From Eledone cirrhosa (taxonomy: Eukaryota), in the NCBI GenBank assembly GCA_964016885.1, contig OZ024744.1:85870001-85934000 (forward strand): a stretch of 64,000 nucleotides of DNA, read 5' to 3'. The position numbers and the translations under genes are program-made. The notes beneath the pieces are model-generated. The model made no database searches and was not told where the DNA came from. It saw only the letters and a list, made by a program, of their open reading frames with translations. Below are positions 29,781-45,899 of the stretch, piece by piece. Positions within the stretch are counted from its first letter, which is position 1. Every line of letters starts with the position of its first letter.

Positions 29781-30002
29781 ATGTACAGGTAATTTACATG
29801 TATATATATACATATATATGTATTATTATAAATGTAAGCTATCATCGTATTTTGAGTAAAGAAATTAAAGAAATTATTTAGCCTGATAGTGGGGTTAAAA
29901 TACGGCGATAGCTTACATTTATAATAATTTCAAACCCGCTCGCTGTTTCGAAAATATTCTTACATATATATGTATATATATATATGCATATATATAGATA
30001 TG

Positions 30003-30765
30003 AATTAGTTTTGCGAGGTATTTGATATGAAATCGTGTGTCGAAACAAATATTGTTATACTTGGGGAGAGTCATATTTGTGTAATATTGCCAGAATTAAT
30101 AACAAAACACACTCACTGTTTGGTTGGTTTTCGCTTTTCGCTTCTGTGTCTTTTATATCGGTAATCTAATTTATTCGGTCCTCAATGTTGCCATTGACTG
30201 ACCAACGGTCAAAAATAACACAGATACAATATAGACACAAACACATATATATAGTTTATCAAAGTTCTTTCGTTGCACATCTGCAACATCGTCAGTGGTG
30301 CTATTGTTTCCTCCCATTGCATTGTATTTTGTACGCCATCTTTATTTAGTCTGTTTATATATTTATTTATTTGTTTATTTTATTTTGTCTTCTTTGCGCA
30401 CGCGTTTGCGTGTGTGTATAGTGTTTTGTTTGATGTGTGTTCGTGATTGGGTGGCTGTGTATTGGTTAATGTATTCTATCTTTACTAGTGTGTGTTTATA
30501 TGTGCTTGTTGTTATTGTGCTTGTGTATGTATTTATTTATTTATTTATCTATTTATTTATTTATTTATACTTCTCTTAGGTCAGTGTTGTTTGTTTGGGT
30601 GTTGTTGTTATTCCATTCATTTTTTCTGTTTAGCCTTGGCCTTCTAAGTTCTATTTCACTGGCCTCTCTGATTTGCCTATCTGCTGGGTCATTTTTATGT
30701 TTAGATATTATTCTAATTTCTATGTTGTCTATGTTACCGTCGTGTTGTTGTCTGGCATGTTCGTA
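30003..30765 (-). mobile_element. PLE 3' end (GIY-YIG tail + pLTR), related to family D
   Basis: Minus frame EHARQQHDG...DRQIREASEI...LNRKNEWN, homologous to ORF 3849-4118. pLTR similar to 3449-3640 and 34510-34625. Confidence 0.8.
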
Positions 30766-31652
30766 TATATATAAGTATTAAGTTGTTAAACAATATTCGA
30801 TGATTATGTCAAAGAATGAGTTTTACAGTAGATTGGAAGCACTCAACTAAAAATAATTTTTAGGAGTTATTAATATTAAAATATAAGTATTAATAAAATA
30901 GATGTTCTTTTGATCAATTACATTTTAGTATACATATTACGGATGCACAATAGTACGTCCTCATCAGACAAAATATAATGATACATGACATACCCTGAGA
31001 TATTAAATGGTTAAGATTTAATCAAGGTAGTGATTACCCGATAGAAAATTTTGCTTATATACTATCTGTGTGAGAGTGCGAAAACGTAATGAATTCATTA
31101 GAGAATGTGTGAGTAAGAAAAAATGTTGCACACTTAAAGTGTTCTAAAATTTTAAATTGTATGATACGATAATATCTAGAGAAACGTCTCGTGAATTATA
31201 ACAGCCAGTGATAGCCACTGGGAAAAGATTTATAAGGAGGGAAAGATAAAGTGTGGGGTTTGTTTTTTCGAAAGTTAAACGGTTAGAATTTGGAAATATT
31301 TAATTTATAATATTAATGTGAAGACTCCAGATTTCAAGATTATTTCTTATTTAATTATAAATTATTTATATAAATTCGATAAGTGTGTTATCATTTCTAA
31401 ACTTCTGAATTGTGAGAATAACATTTTAAAGGATTTAGCTGGCACGTAAAGAATGAAATATTATACTGTTGATTAATTACCTAACTCTAAACTTTAACAA
31501 ATATCTCAACATATTAGGTATGTAAAGCTTTTGAAGTACTTATTGTCATAAATATTTGAATAACTATTATGTATATAGGTATATATTAATGAGTCAGTAT
31601 ATATAAGGTAAAAATAAAATAAAATAATATGTTACAGATAAAATTTATACTT

Positions 31653-32015
31653 AAATGTAAGTATTTATGTATACGTACATACATATATGCCGTTAATATG
31701 CATAAGGAAAGTATATACTTTCAGACGTTCAACCATCTGGCAGGAAGGTATACGATGCTGACGATAGCTAATAAGCTTGAAACTAGTACATCGTTCTTGT
31801 GTCAGTGTTGAACAAAAAGGTGACGTGGTTGCCTAAACACTGTACGGCGTAATTCGGGCTGTTTGTTTATTTACAAACAAACCGAGCATTATAATAAATG
31901 TTCGGTAAACCGATACGTGCATATATATATGTGTGCATGAATGTATATATATATATATACTACTGTACGTCTGTATACATATATGTATGTACGTATACAT
32001 ACATACATACATACT

Positions 32016-32018
<3 letters not shown>
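31653..32018. mobile_element. Family J HHR module with inverted ends
   Basis: Homologous to 52947-53558 and 62518-62965. Confidence 0.75.
31752..31794 (+). ncRNA. Complete minimal type I hammerhead ribozyme (family J)
   Basis: ACGATG-CTGACGA-TAGC-TAATAA-GCTT-GAAA-CTAG-TA|CATCGT. Stem III is the palindrome ACTAGT. Confidence 0.85.
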
Positions 32019-32112
<94 letters not shown>

Positions 32113-32257
32113 CAATAATAATAAATGTAGACTAAAAGAGGGCTCGATAAGGATAAATATATATCAAATATATAAGAACACTAGAGTAAATATTTATTAA
32201 AATAACAGATTAAAGTTTAAGCAAAGAATCGCTGCTTTCACCCTTAACGGGCCCGTA

Positions 32258-32298
<41 letters not shown>

Positions 32299-32526
32299 CC
32301 AATCCTTTTGACAAATACTATCTTCCCATATATGGAATTACCCCTTTAAAAGTTCAGCTATTTATTACCACGCCAAAAATCTAATTTAGTCCAGAAATAG
32401 CCGTCGCAACGGCTGAGCTCTGCCATCTGGGTCTTGAAAATGTTCCTATTACCCACTCTACTACCCTAAGTATTGAGTACTCTGGTTGCGTTATGGTCCA
32501 CCTGGTTCCTTACCACACTTCTTTCG

Positions 32527-32564
<38 letters not shown>

Positions 32565-32580
32565 TAAAATAACAGATTAA

Positions 32581-32631
32581 AGTTTAAGCAAAGAATCGCT
32601 GCTTTCACCCTTAACGGGATCTTCTGAAACT
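32581..32631 (-). ncRNA. Hammerhead-like motif with CAGAAGA core (family B)
   Basis: AGTTT-CAGAAGA-TCCC-GTTAA-GGGT-GAAA-GCA-gcgattctt-TGC-TT|AAACT. The same core occurs at 48849-48899. Confidence 0.6.
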
Positions 32632-33068
32632 AGTCTTCAATTTTATTATTATTACTATATATATATATATATATATACAGCATAAAAATAATGAGACCAT
32701 TTTTTGTTGTTGACTCCTTCAATTACACACACACACACAGAGGACAGATATATACACACACACAGACAGGCAGACACACATATATATATATATATGAATA
32801 CTTTATAAATGTAGCCTTCAATCGAGGAACACATATTCCTATTTTGTATATGTCTTCCTTTCACTTTGGTTCGCATCAATGCCTTTGACAATGTACAACA
32901 GTCAATAATACTTGCTAGTTTCCATATGTAATATTTTTCCTTTATACTATTTCTTTATTTTTTTTATTGTGCTACCCTATCATTGTGTTCTTCTTTAGCG
33001 TTGTGTTGAAACAATTGTAAAGTATTAAATATTTTTTAGAACTCTTATATATCATCTGAAGTGTTATT

Positions 33069-33138
<70 letters not shown>

Positions 33139-33156
33139 TATATATACATATGGATG

Positions 33157-33241
<85 letters not shown>

Positions 33242-33273
33242 ATAAATGGAAACTATATTTATAAAACCATATT

Positions 33274-33339
33274 TATTTCATTATATATATTTCAGGGATA
33301 TCATATTAACAATATGCTATGCCTTCCTCAGACAAAATA
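33274..33339 (-). ncRNA. Type I hammerhead ribozyme (family A module 33235-33490)
   Basis: TATTTTGT-CTGAGGA-AGG...CCT-GAAA-TATATA-TA|ATGAAATA. Confidence 0.75.
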
Positions 33340-33487
33340 CAATATAAACAGTTTTATAGATAAATAGATTTGACATACCGTAACAACATCGACTTGTATT
33401 TGAAAAGTTGAATTGGCAGTTATAAAAGTTGAATATATCAGTTATAAATATTTACTAGTTGTAACCCAACAATTTAAATATAACTTT

Positions 33488-33562
<75 letters not shown>

Positions 33563-33644
33563 GTTATTCCGGGTTGAATCGGAGGTAACCACAGTAAGTA
33601 AGGTACTCAATACATTGCAGAGTATAAAAGTTTTAATATAGATG

Positions 33645-33695
33645 AGATTCTACAGGACTAGAACTGTTTCATTCTTTAGAAATCATCAGGAATCT
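33645..33695 (-). ncRNA. Canonical type I hammerhead ribozyme (family E)
   Basis: AGATTC-CTGATGA-TTTCT-AA-AGAAT-GAAA-CAG-ttctagtc-CTG-TA|GAATCT. Confidence 0.85.
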
Positions 33696-34163
33696 GGGTA
33701 TCAAAAAATAAATATGTTATTTATAGGTCTCTACAAGTGGTAGGAGAGGGTGGGGAGTGGGATGGGTGTAGGTCATTGGCTGATAGAAAAGGGAATTCAT
33801 TAAAAGCTAATTCTACAAAGCTATAGTTTATTTTTATTTATTTTTGTTTTTAGAGTAACAAAGGCAGACAGAATTCTATAAACAGGTTCCGGATGGCATA
33901 CCATTCCTTGTTATTAAGTTTCTCTTAAGCTAACAGATGTCTATAAGATCAGTGGGGGGTCAGTCATGGTAGATAGAATTAAAGGAAAGGGAGATTCTTT
34001 AAAAGCTAAATTCATTAAGGTTCTACTAAGTGACAAAGGTTTAGAGAATTCTGTAGACAGATTCAAAATACTGAGTGCATATCTTACAATTATAAATACC
34101 ATATTTATTTATAAATACCATATTTATTACAATTATAAATACCATATTTATTTTTTGATACCC

Positions 34164-34213
34164 AGATTCTGATGATTTCTAAAGAATGAAACAGTTCTAG
34201 TCCTGTAGAATCT
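34164..34213 (+). ncRNA. Mirror copy of the family E hammerhead
   Basis: Inverted duplicate of 33645-33695 with a 1-nt deletion in stem I. Confidence 0.75.
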
Positions 34214-34225
34214 CATCTATATTAA

Positions 34226-34263
<38 letters not shown>

Positions 34264-34423
34264 ATAATAATAAATTTGAAGACTAAAATCCAGCGATTCT
34301 TTGCTTAAACATTAATCTGTTATTTTAATAAATATAAATACATATATGTAGTATATATATATGTTGATAGATATATAATATATATACACATATGTATATA
34401 TATATTTATATATATATATATGC

Positions 34424-34517
<94 letters not shown>

Positions 34518-34780
34518 ACTTGGGGAGGGTCATATTGTTGTAATAATATTGCCAGAAATAATAACAGAACACACTCACTGTTTGGTTGATTTTCGCTTCT
34601 GTATCTTTTATATCTCCATAGTTAATCATATATATATATATATATATATAATCTTTTATTTTAATAAATATATATATATATATTTATTAAAATAACAGAT
34701 TAAAGTTTAAGCAAAGAATCGGTGCTTTCAGTCTTATCGAGCCCTCTTTGGATTTTAGTCTTCACATTTATTATTATTAC

Positions 34781-34823
<43 letters not shown>

Positions 34824-34939
34824 AATGCAATCTGAGTTTATCGAAATGACATTCGATGCGTTTGCAATTATGCAAACAAGACTCATTTTTAAAGCCATGT
34901 CAGTAGAATGAGTCCCTGTTGTGTTGGCATATAAACAGA

Positions 34940-34985
34940 ACTGCAGACTCTAATGTTTCTGGGTATTACCCTTCATCAGTACATT
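34940..34985 (-). ncRNA. Hammerhead ribozyme (family F)
   Basis: TGTA-CTGATGA-AGGG-TAATA-CCCA-GAAA-CATTAGAG-TC|TGCA. Confidence 0.65.
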
Positions 34986-35325
34986 TCACTGTTCACCTGA
35001 CATCTGTCAGAGCTAGTGAAAATATATGATATTTTCTAAAATATACAGTGGCTGATCTGCCTGGTTTGTATATTAACGGATTGTGTGATCACTCAGATCT
35101 GCATATTAGCAGATCCTCCACTGATCAGCCAGATTTGCATATATATATATATATGTGTATATATATATATATATATATACAGATGTGAGAAAAACCACAG
35201 ACCCTCCATCTCAACTCACCTTTTGAAAAGCAGAAGAACTGCGAAACGGGTAAAGGAACCAAATAAATATATATATTTTAAAAAAAAATAAGACTCCAGT
35301 TGCATTTTCGATTTCATCTCTTTTT

Positions 35326-35401
<76 letters not shown>

Positions 35402-35402
35402 A

Positions 35403-35453
<51 letters not shown>

Positions 35454-35727
35454 ATCCTCCTCTTTCACCACAACATGGAGACCTATTTGAAGAGAAGGGC
35501 GTACATGTCATACGCCAGGAACCTATCACCAAACCATATAACAGTATCCCTATCATCTTCTAGTTAATTATTTCCATATTCCTTTTGCCCTTTGGCTTTA
35601 GAAAATTGCCGTACTTGCGTCTGAGTTCTTGTAGCTAGGACTTTGACTCATATATACATATACGCACATACATACATACGTACATACGCACATACAAAGA
35701 TGCACACACACACGACACAGTTACATA

Positions 35728-35874
<147 letters not shown>

Positions 35875-36160
35875 GTATGCTTATGTATGTGCCTGTGTGA
35901 GTCTGTCTATGCGAAAATTATATATATATATATACATTTATGATATATACATATACATATACACAGACACACACACATACCCACAAGCTTATATATATAT
36001 ATATACACACACATATATATATATATATAATTGTTGGGGAGTTTCTCTGTATGCGTATATGTTTGTGTACGTATGCCTGTACGCGGCTGTGTGTTATTCT
36101 GTCTTCCGTATATTTTTGTGGTTGATGATTTTTTGGGGGCCATTTTACTTTTGTCTGTGC

Positions 36161-36215
<55 letters not shown>

Positions 36216-36254
36216 CAAAGAACAAAACAAAAACAAGGAGTGCAGTTACGAACA

Positions 36255-36294
<40 letters not shown>

Positions 36295-36475
36295 GTTCAT
36301 ATACATTAAATGCGTTTTTTATGTTGTTATTCAATTTATTTTTGAATTGTTTATATTTTTTTCTTTGCCTTTTAATTATTTGATTGTTTTATTTCTTTGT
36401 TTCTTTGACTATATAGTGGTTGATCCCACCCACTTTTCATTCTTCTTCAACCCGGGTGTGGCGACGTTGTGTGTG

Positions 36476-36571
<96 letters not shown>

Positions 36572-36834
36572 TACACATACACACACATATATACATACCC
36601 ACCCCCCATCACCGCACCCCACACACACATAAACACACAGAGAAGCACACGCGCGTGCACACACATATATATATTTGGAGGAGTGCTTTCTTATTGTTGT
36701 CCCTAATTTGTACACAGCCGACATCGTCATTACCACCAGAGGCGAAACCGGAACACCCACTCTCACCACCAACAGAATTGCTTTTGCCGCCGACTCCATT
36801 ACTGTACCGCCGCCATTCACCGCCTCGACTGTTG

Positions 36835-37715
<881 letters not shown>

Positions 37716-38216
37716 GCAATGTTAACTATTTCATAGAAAAAACAACAACAACAAACAAACAAACAAACAAACAAACAAACAAACAAAACAAACAAACAAA
37801 CAAACAACATTTCAAAAAAACATTAAACGAGGTTGTAGAATTTTCTAAAACACAGGAAGACACGCCCCAGCTGTGAACGTATCAAAAATTCTCACACATT
37901 CTTCTAGCTATATTTTGGTTAACACAGTGTATCGAATTATCGGAACTTGCGCAAGTACATCACATACGTTTCTTTTCTTTCATCACGACACAAGCGTGTT
38001 ACATACATGCTTTATATTTCTACACACGTAAATTTAAGAATATTGTAGATATACATATATCTATATCTACACCCCCCTCTCCCCCCCCAAAAAAAACAAA
38101 AACAACAACAGCAACAATAACAACAAAAAACATACTTACGCAGACACATACTCACACAGACACACAGACACCGTGACACACATACAAACACTTAACACTT
38201 ACACACATAGAGGAGC

Positions 38217-38248
<32 letters not shown>

Positions 38249-38298
38249 ATAAAGAGAGAGAGAGAGAGAAGAAAGGAAAAACAGGAATATATACATAT

Positions 38299-38362
<64 letters not shown>

Positions 38363-38396
38363 AAGGGAAATATTAGGTCAACGCTTGAAATATATG

Positions 38397-38452
<56 letters not shown>

Positions 38453-38489
38453 TTATATAAATTTATATATATATATATTATATTTAAAC

Positions 38490-38535
<46 letters not shown>

Positions 38536-38588
38536 TTATATATATATATATATATATATATTATATTTAAACATATGTATATATGTAT

Positions 38589-38658
<70 letters not shown>

Positions 38659-38697
38659 ATATGTATATATATATGTATATATATATATATATATGTT

Positions 38698-38728
<31 letters not shown>

Positions 38729-38770
38729 ACATATGTTTAAATATAATATATATATATATCTATTTACCTA

Positions 38771-38852
<82 letters not shown>

Positions 38853-38989
38853 ATATAAATATATGTGTGTACATATATATGTGTACATAAGTGTATATAT
38901 ATATATATATATGTATATATAGATACACACACACACATATATATTTATATATATATATAGATGTGTGTATGTATATATATATATATATA

Positions 38990-39023
<34 letters not shown>

Positions 39024-39191
39024 CATATGTACACATGCGTACTCGCGTACAGAACGACAGGAACGCGCCGCACACCTATATCTAAAGACACGCCCACGAA
39101 GAGGTCCTGTGGAGAGAGTGGAAGCCCTTGCAATTATATTCGGCGAATGCACGTGGACAGAAAAAAGGTGTTCACGTACATAGTCACACAC

Positions 39192-39272
<81 letters not shown>

Positions 39273-39303
39273 CTAGATATATATATATCCGTGTGTTTAG
39301 TTA

Positions 39304-39368
<65 letters not shown>

Positions 39369-39379
39369 GTGTTTAGTTA

Positions 39380-39465
<86 letters not shown>

Positions 39466-39683
39466 GTGAAACACGTGAATACACACGTGTGCGTAGAGTT
39501 CAACGCCATTCTGGTTTTGTTTTCAACGCCTCTTTATATATAGGTAATGAAAAACATATCTTTTTCTCATACACAATCAATGAAAATTTTCCTTTTTATG
39601 TGGTTAATTTGTGGTTTACCAAATAATTTGAATATATGTTGTATCATCGAAGACAATCGCGGTTAAGCATTCCTACCATGTTT

Positions 39684-39719
<36 letters not shown>

Positions 39720-39945
39720 TTAGATATATTCTACAGAAATCACACGCCACCACACGCACGCATTCACATTCTGTCGAAACGGCCGGAGCTCACGGGTAAT
39801 ATGTAGAATGGGTAATAAGACAAGAGTCAGGACCCGTCGGGGTGCTGACTCTTTTCATATTACCCATTCATTCTACTACCCTAACTATTATTGAGTATTC
39901 TGGTGCGTTATGGTCCACCTCTGGTTCCTTACCACATCTTCTTTG

Positions 39946-39984
<39 letters not shown>

Positions 39985-40046
39985 CGTACATGCACTCATA
40001 CATATATACACACACATGGGTATATATATATATGTTTATATATATA

Positions 40047-40078
<32 letters not shown>

Positions 40079-40249
40079 TGTGCGTGTGTGTGTGTGTGTG
40101 TGTGTGCATTATTTTTACATGTTTCGCGAAAACTAATTGATAGAAACTGTGATGAAGCTAGTTTAACTTGATCAATCCATCCATCCATACAAACATCCCT
40201 ACATACATAGTATTTATGTATAACCTTACTTCATTACATGCTTTGATGC

Positions 40250-41135
40250 ATAGAGTTACGGCCCTTGCCATTCTGAGTTCAAATCCCGCCTAGGTTAACT
40301 TTGCCTTTCATCCTTACGGGGTCGATAAAATAAAGTACCAGTAATGCACTGGGTAATTGCTGGCCTTGTGCCTAAAGTAGAAACAATTAATGTTGTAATA
40401 CTCTAAAAATTGACCTATTTGTGAATTCAGGATTGTGATGTTTCGCAGTTATTAAAGACTCACATTTAACTAGTCACCGGCCTCCTGTACCTATAAAGCT
40501 GCATTTACTGATGGACTTGATATTTTCTTATATAGAGACTTGTAGTTACTAAAGCTGGTATTATGATATTGTTAATAGTTGTTTCTGCTATTGGCACAAG
40601 GCCAGCAATTATCCCAGTACATTACTGGTACTTTATTTTATCGACCCCGTAAGGATGAAAGGCAAAGTTAACCTAGGCGGGATTTGAACTCAGAATGGCA
40701 AGGGCCGTAACTCTATGCTGTAAAGCATGGTGTCTGACGATCTACCGATACTGCCAATTCACTTTGTTAATAATTGTTTCTACTTTTTGGCACAAGGCCA
40801 GCAATTTTCCAGTACATTACTGGTACTTTATTTTATCTATCCCGCAAGGATGAAATGCAAAGTTAACCGCGGTGGGATTTGAACTCAGAATGGCAAGGGC
40901 CATAACTCTATATTAATAATGATTTCTAATATTGGCACAAGGCCAGTAATTTGGGGGGAGGGGAAAGTCGATTAAATCGACCCGAGTACGTTACTGGTGC
41001 TTTATTTTATCGACATCTTAAGGATGAAAGGCAAAGTTAACCTCGGCGGGATTTGAACTCAGATCGCAAAGGGCCGTAACTCTATGCTGCATGGTGCATG
41101 GTGTCTGATTCTCTATCGATACTGCCAATCCACCA
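40250..41135. mobile_element. Cluster of four S1 SINEs (one +, three - head-to-tail)
   Basis: Plus copy at 40250-40390. Minus copies at 40575-40762, 40770-40910 and 40915-41135. Confidence 0.85.
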
Positions 41136-41817
41136 CCCACCTTGTTAATAATATTATAGAGTAAGAACTGGTTATATATTTGGTGGTTGTTGCAGTCCGG
41201 TTAAGTATGACGAGTGTGGGAAGATGGGTGGCCCGCTTTTGATTTGCCGTTTTGGTGGGTAAGTACAGTTTTGCTTGGCAGTAGTCATGAATATAGGTAG
41301 GCGTCCGGTTTAGGTCAGTTACGGGCAAACTGCGTCCCGTTTGGATTTCTGAATGGTACGTGTAATTTCAAAATTGCCTTGAGTTTTTTTAGCAGTGTGG
41401 CCCGCCTTATGGAGAGCCGCATCCTCTGCGGTCCACTGCTCGAAAAAGGTTTCCGATGCCTGGTTTAGGGTGTTTACTGAGTGTTTGTGGTGTGACTGGA
41501 GCAACAGCAATCTTATGTATGTATATATAATTATTCACCTTATATATCTTATTAGTCTAATCGGAGAACTCAAGTATATAATTGGAGTGAACTTCTACTG
41601 AAAAGTATCATAGTTTTCACGGAATTTTATGTTGCTGATTAGTTCAAGTAGGGTGACTTCGATTGCTATTAAACCGTTTTCGGGGCTTGATCGCGTAGCG
41701 TTCCCAAACTGTGTTGGTAATTTCGCTGTCTGACTGTAGTGTTAATCACAGTACTACGGATGTTCTCTGATATGAAAAGTCATATAGAATATATGGGTTT
41801 TTCTGTTATGAAATAGA

Positions 41818-41925
41818 TCAGTCATGGGAAAACTGCGGCCCGTTTGGCGTTCTGAATGGCATGTTTTATTTCAAAACTGCCTTGAATAAAGGTTACCCAA
41901 TCGAAAAGAACGTTACCCATGCTTG
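41818..41925. mobile_element. Tiny hAT-like MITE, duplicated at ~42305-42415
   Basis: CAGTCATGGGAAAACTGCGGCCCG ... GTTACCCATGCTTG. Duplicated together with its flanks ~490 bp downstream. Confidence 0.5.
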
Positions 41926-43358
41926 AAGTAGACATTGACTGAAATGGAAGCAACGTATCCAGTGATAGTGAATGTGTTAACAGCGCGATAATCAAGGATG
42001 TACTTTATGCAATTCTAATATTAGATCTTATAACTGAAAGGGAGTTTCAGTCAGTTATAAAGACATCAATAGAGAAGAGGATCATAAATACATGCTTACG
42101 TGCAAAAATGTATAATTCCGAAGATGATATGAGAGCAAGAGGAAGGAGATGTATACAAACGGGGGTTGGGAGATCAATAATTATAGGTAGAAAGTTATAG
42201 AAAAATAGGGGACTGAAATGTCTAAAAACAAAAAAAATCGAGAAGGAGGCCAATCACCATGGGTTCTTTGTAAATTGGATGGTTTTTTCTGTTATGAAGT
42301 AGACGAGTCATAGACAAGCAAGTTTGGCGTTCTGAATGGCATGCTTTATTTCAAAACTGCCTTGAATATTTTGGTAGTGCTCCTCGCCCTATTGAAAATA
42401 GGCTGCCCATACTTGAAGTAGATATTGACCGAATTGGAAGCAATGTATAGGTATTCTCTTCTGATAGTTGAAAGAACAGTTGCCAGTTTTCAGTCGATTG
42501 ATTATCAAATTATTTTCAATGGTGAAAAGTATGTAGTTTATATAAACTTTAGGTTTCTCAAATTGATTTTTTTTATCCTCCAAGACTCGTACAGGCATAT
42601 CTATATCATAAACACAAATTTGTACATGTACAATACAGGTTTCACTGAGACTGAATGAATGTTTGTATAAATATATACAATGAGTATATAGCATTACATT
42701 GTCTCTCTCTATATATGTCATTCGATTTTTATTTCAATGTAATGTTAATGAATGCTCGGATTTATTACTTAGAATCGTTGAGCTTATTCCACAGGTAATA
42801 TGGCGCATGTTTCCGATATTTTCAGACATGGCATATTTAATATAATTTTGGTAGTGCACTGAGTATATAGACATTTTATAGTCCCATATCTGTATATGTA
42901 TAGATATAAATTTATCGCATATTTCGGTTGCTTAGTGCACAATTTATTATATACTAAAAAATTAATTATCCACATCAGCACTAATGATATGCAAATGAGA
43001 CCATTATTTACGTATTTCATAATGTTTCTTTGGAGATATAGTTCTGAAACGATGAGACCAAAATAAACGTCGAAAAACAATAGAGATAAAAAAACGATTG
43101 CTAGAAAATGTTTCAGTCTACGAAGAAATACGGAAAATATACATATTTATATGTCTATAAACTCAATGTGTATACTAAAGCACGCAATCACACATCTGTG
43201 TTAATACATGTAAAGATGATGTGTAGAGTACATATATATCGGGTATGTGGTGCATGTGTATACATATATGTGTATATATATATATATGTATATTCCTATT
43301 ATGTATATATATATATTTGTGTGTATATATGTATATATATACACACACATATATATAA

Positions 43359-43445
<87 letters not shown>

Positions 43446-43960
43446 CACACAAATATAAATTAGCGAGAATCGCATTTCGGCTATTGGAAATTAGCGAAAA
43501 GCAACTTCCGAGATGTGTGGCAAGCGCTCCATAGACACGAGTGAACTAGAGCAACAACATACGTTAAAAGGCCAAACACACTGAGACGATGGTTAAACCA
43601 TTAACCGCAAAGCCATAGAAGCGAGCAAGCTATTCGGGTCAAACAAATAATGAAATATGATTGAAAATTATACCCGGACCCCGGAAACGGTGGTAAAATC
43701 CAATATGGGGTTTCTGCAACTCCTAAATCAGGTCCTGTCTGCTTAAACAAATAATGTTAAAGTTTTGGTATGATCATCGAACAAGGAAGTCACTTTTTCA
43801 ACATGCATTTAGTTCTATGCAAAGCTAAAGAGCTGACCGTTATCTGAACCCACGTGCAGGGGTTAGAAGGGAGAGAACCCCTAGTCTTGGCGGATGAATT
43901 CAGTATGTGTGGTTATTGCAAAATTACAAAATATCACAAAATTAATTAAGCTCTCGACAG

Positions 43961-44008
<48 letters not shown>

Positions 44009-44126
44009 GTCGTAAATACCTGGATAAAATCCTTCTCTTAATGCTTACCTGTGTTTTCTCTTTTATACTATATATATACACACAATGATATTAAATAAAT
44101 GGCAACTATATTTATAAAACCATATT

Positions 44127-44187
44127 TATTCTATTATATATATTTCAAGGGTTCCAAAATTTTGGTACGCTTTCATCAGATAAAATA
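44127..44187 (-). ncRNA. Type I hammerhead ribozyme (family A)
   Basis: TATTTTAT-CTGATGA-AAGCGTACCAAAATTTTGGAACCCTT-GAAA-TATATA-TA|ATAGAATA. Confidence 0.75.
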
Positions 44188-45899
44188 AAAAGTGCGTTTT
44201 ATAAATTTTCACATAACCAAGAAACGATACCTTAACGGTTCAAGTTTTCCTTGGATAGTGAAGGGATAAGAGAAGATAAGTCAGATATTTCAGTGCTCTG
44301 AATCAGTTATAAACATTTATATTTGTTGAATTATCAACAAATTGAATATATAAATTACATGAATCAAAGTTCTGTTTAAATCATTTATTTGCTTATAATT
44401 GTTTCTTCTAAACCGAGGTTTGAGCTCTTCGGAGCAATTATTCAGTGATTTTTTACATACTTGACCTCCTTTTCAACACAAGAGACATATAGAAACATAT
44501 GTATATATTGACCCACAGTGGGTTGACATCCATTATAATAATATAGCATGGAAATTTACATACAAAGATTACAGTCATATTAAAGGACAAAATTAAAGTT
44601 AAAATTAAAATTAAAATTAAAATTAAAATAAAACATTGGCAGTTTACAAAGGTAAAGCAAGAGGAAAGTTTGGAGTAGCCAGTGCATGCAACAGTCACAC
44701 GTGAGGCATGCACGCGTGTCCTATTTATACAAGATTATAGTGCGGCAGATTGTTACATGTAAAACAAGCAGTCATAGCAGGCAATCAAGAGCATCATGGG
44801 GGTTGTACTGGTAAAGCATTTTTCACACACACCTGTACGATATAGAAGCCCATGTGTAAAGAAACACCAAAATATCAAAAATATCAAAAATATTACAAAT
44901 GAGAAGCAAAACAGCACCACTGTCCTCGCACACACCACCACTCTCACAATCCAGGAAACGCAATTTATAGACTACATGTCCATCACACAATCCACGATAA
45001 TTCAACATTGGGTGCCTGGTGAACCATGTTAGAACTTCACAGCTTGTGGTTCTCAATTCGATTCTATAGAGCAGGTTGTTTTTGTTGTGAGAGTTGACAT
45101 CGTATTATATTCCGGAAGTGTGTGTGTGATTAAGGGGAGTTAATGCGTAAGGGGAGGTAACTAGATGATTTCTATAGCTAAATTTATTATCCTAAAGTAC
45201 ATTAATGGTGTCTCAAATGAGTCCCTATCATATAAGGTTATAACCAATTTCTAAATTTAAGTATCTTATCTATAAATTACAGTGTAGTCTATCAAGAAGT
45301 ACTAAAGGTGTTCATATTAGGATGATTACCTTCTATCATAGAGTGCCACAACCGAATATTCTACATGAAGAGTCAGATCTCCAAATCAATGATCTTTGTA
45401 TGTGTAGTTCACCCGCAGAACCTGGCAGGGTCTTATTAGAATCACTTCTATATATGACTCTTGGTAAGCTCTGGGTCATTGCATGTCTGATTGCATGGCA
45501 AATTTAAATATCACTAGGGTAGTCCAGAGATCAATTCTCACTTACAAAGACACTAATCTGACCATTAAGTCATACATGTATTTATAACTCATACATCACC
45601 TGTACATAATTCATTGCACTCAGCATATAGATTATATAGCTCTTTTATGTTAATAAATTAATTACTTAATATTCCATTTATCCAATGATGGCACTACATA
45701 CACAGGACAATATTAGCACAACCAATTCCGTGCTTAAAGTTTACATTAATTATATATTGGTGTAATGTAGTCTAAGTAATTGAAGGCCAATATACCAAAA
45801 GTAGAAGTACATGGGGATATCTCTAGGGTAAAAGGTACTAGGAGGATGTCACTATTTGCGTTAAAGTGGATTAATGGGTGTGGAGATGAGGTGTAAGGT

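Noticed and set aside
41160-41510. GC-richer segment as an exon or TE ORF
   Set aside because: No recognisable motif in any frame.
43455-43885. Possible Helitron end (AGGGGTT..AACCCCTAGT)
   Set aside because: Single copy with no clear 5' TC terminus, so support is insufficient.
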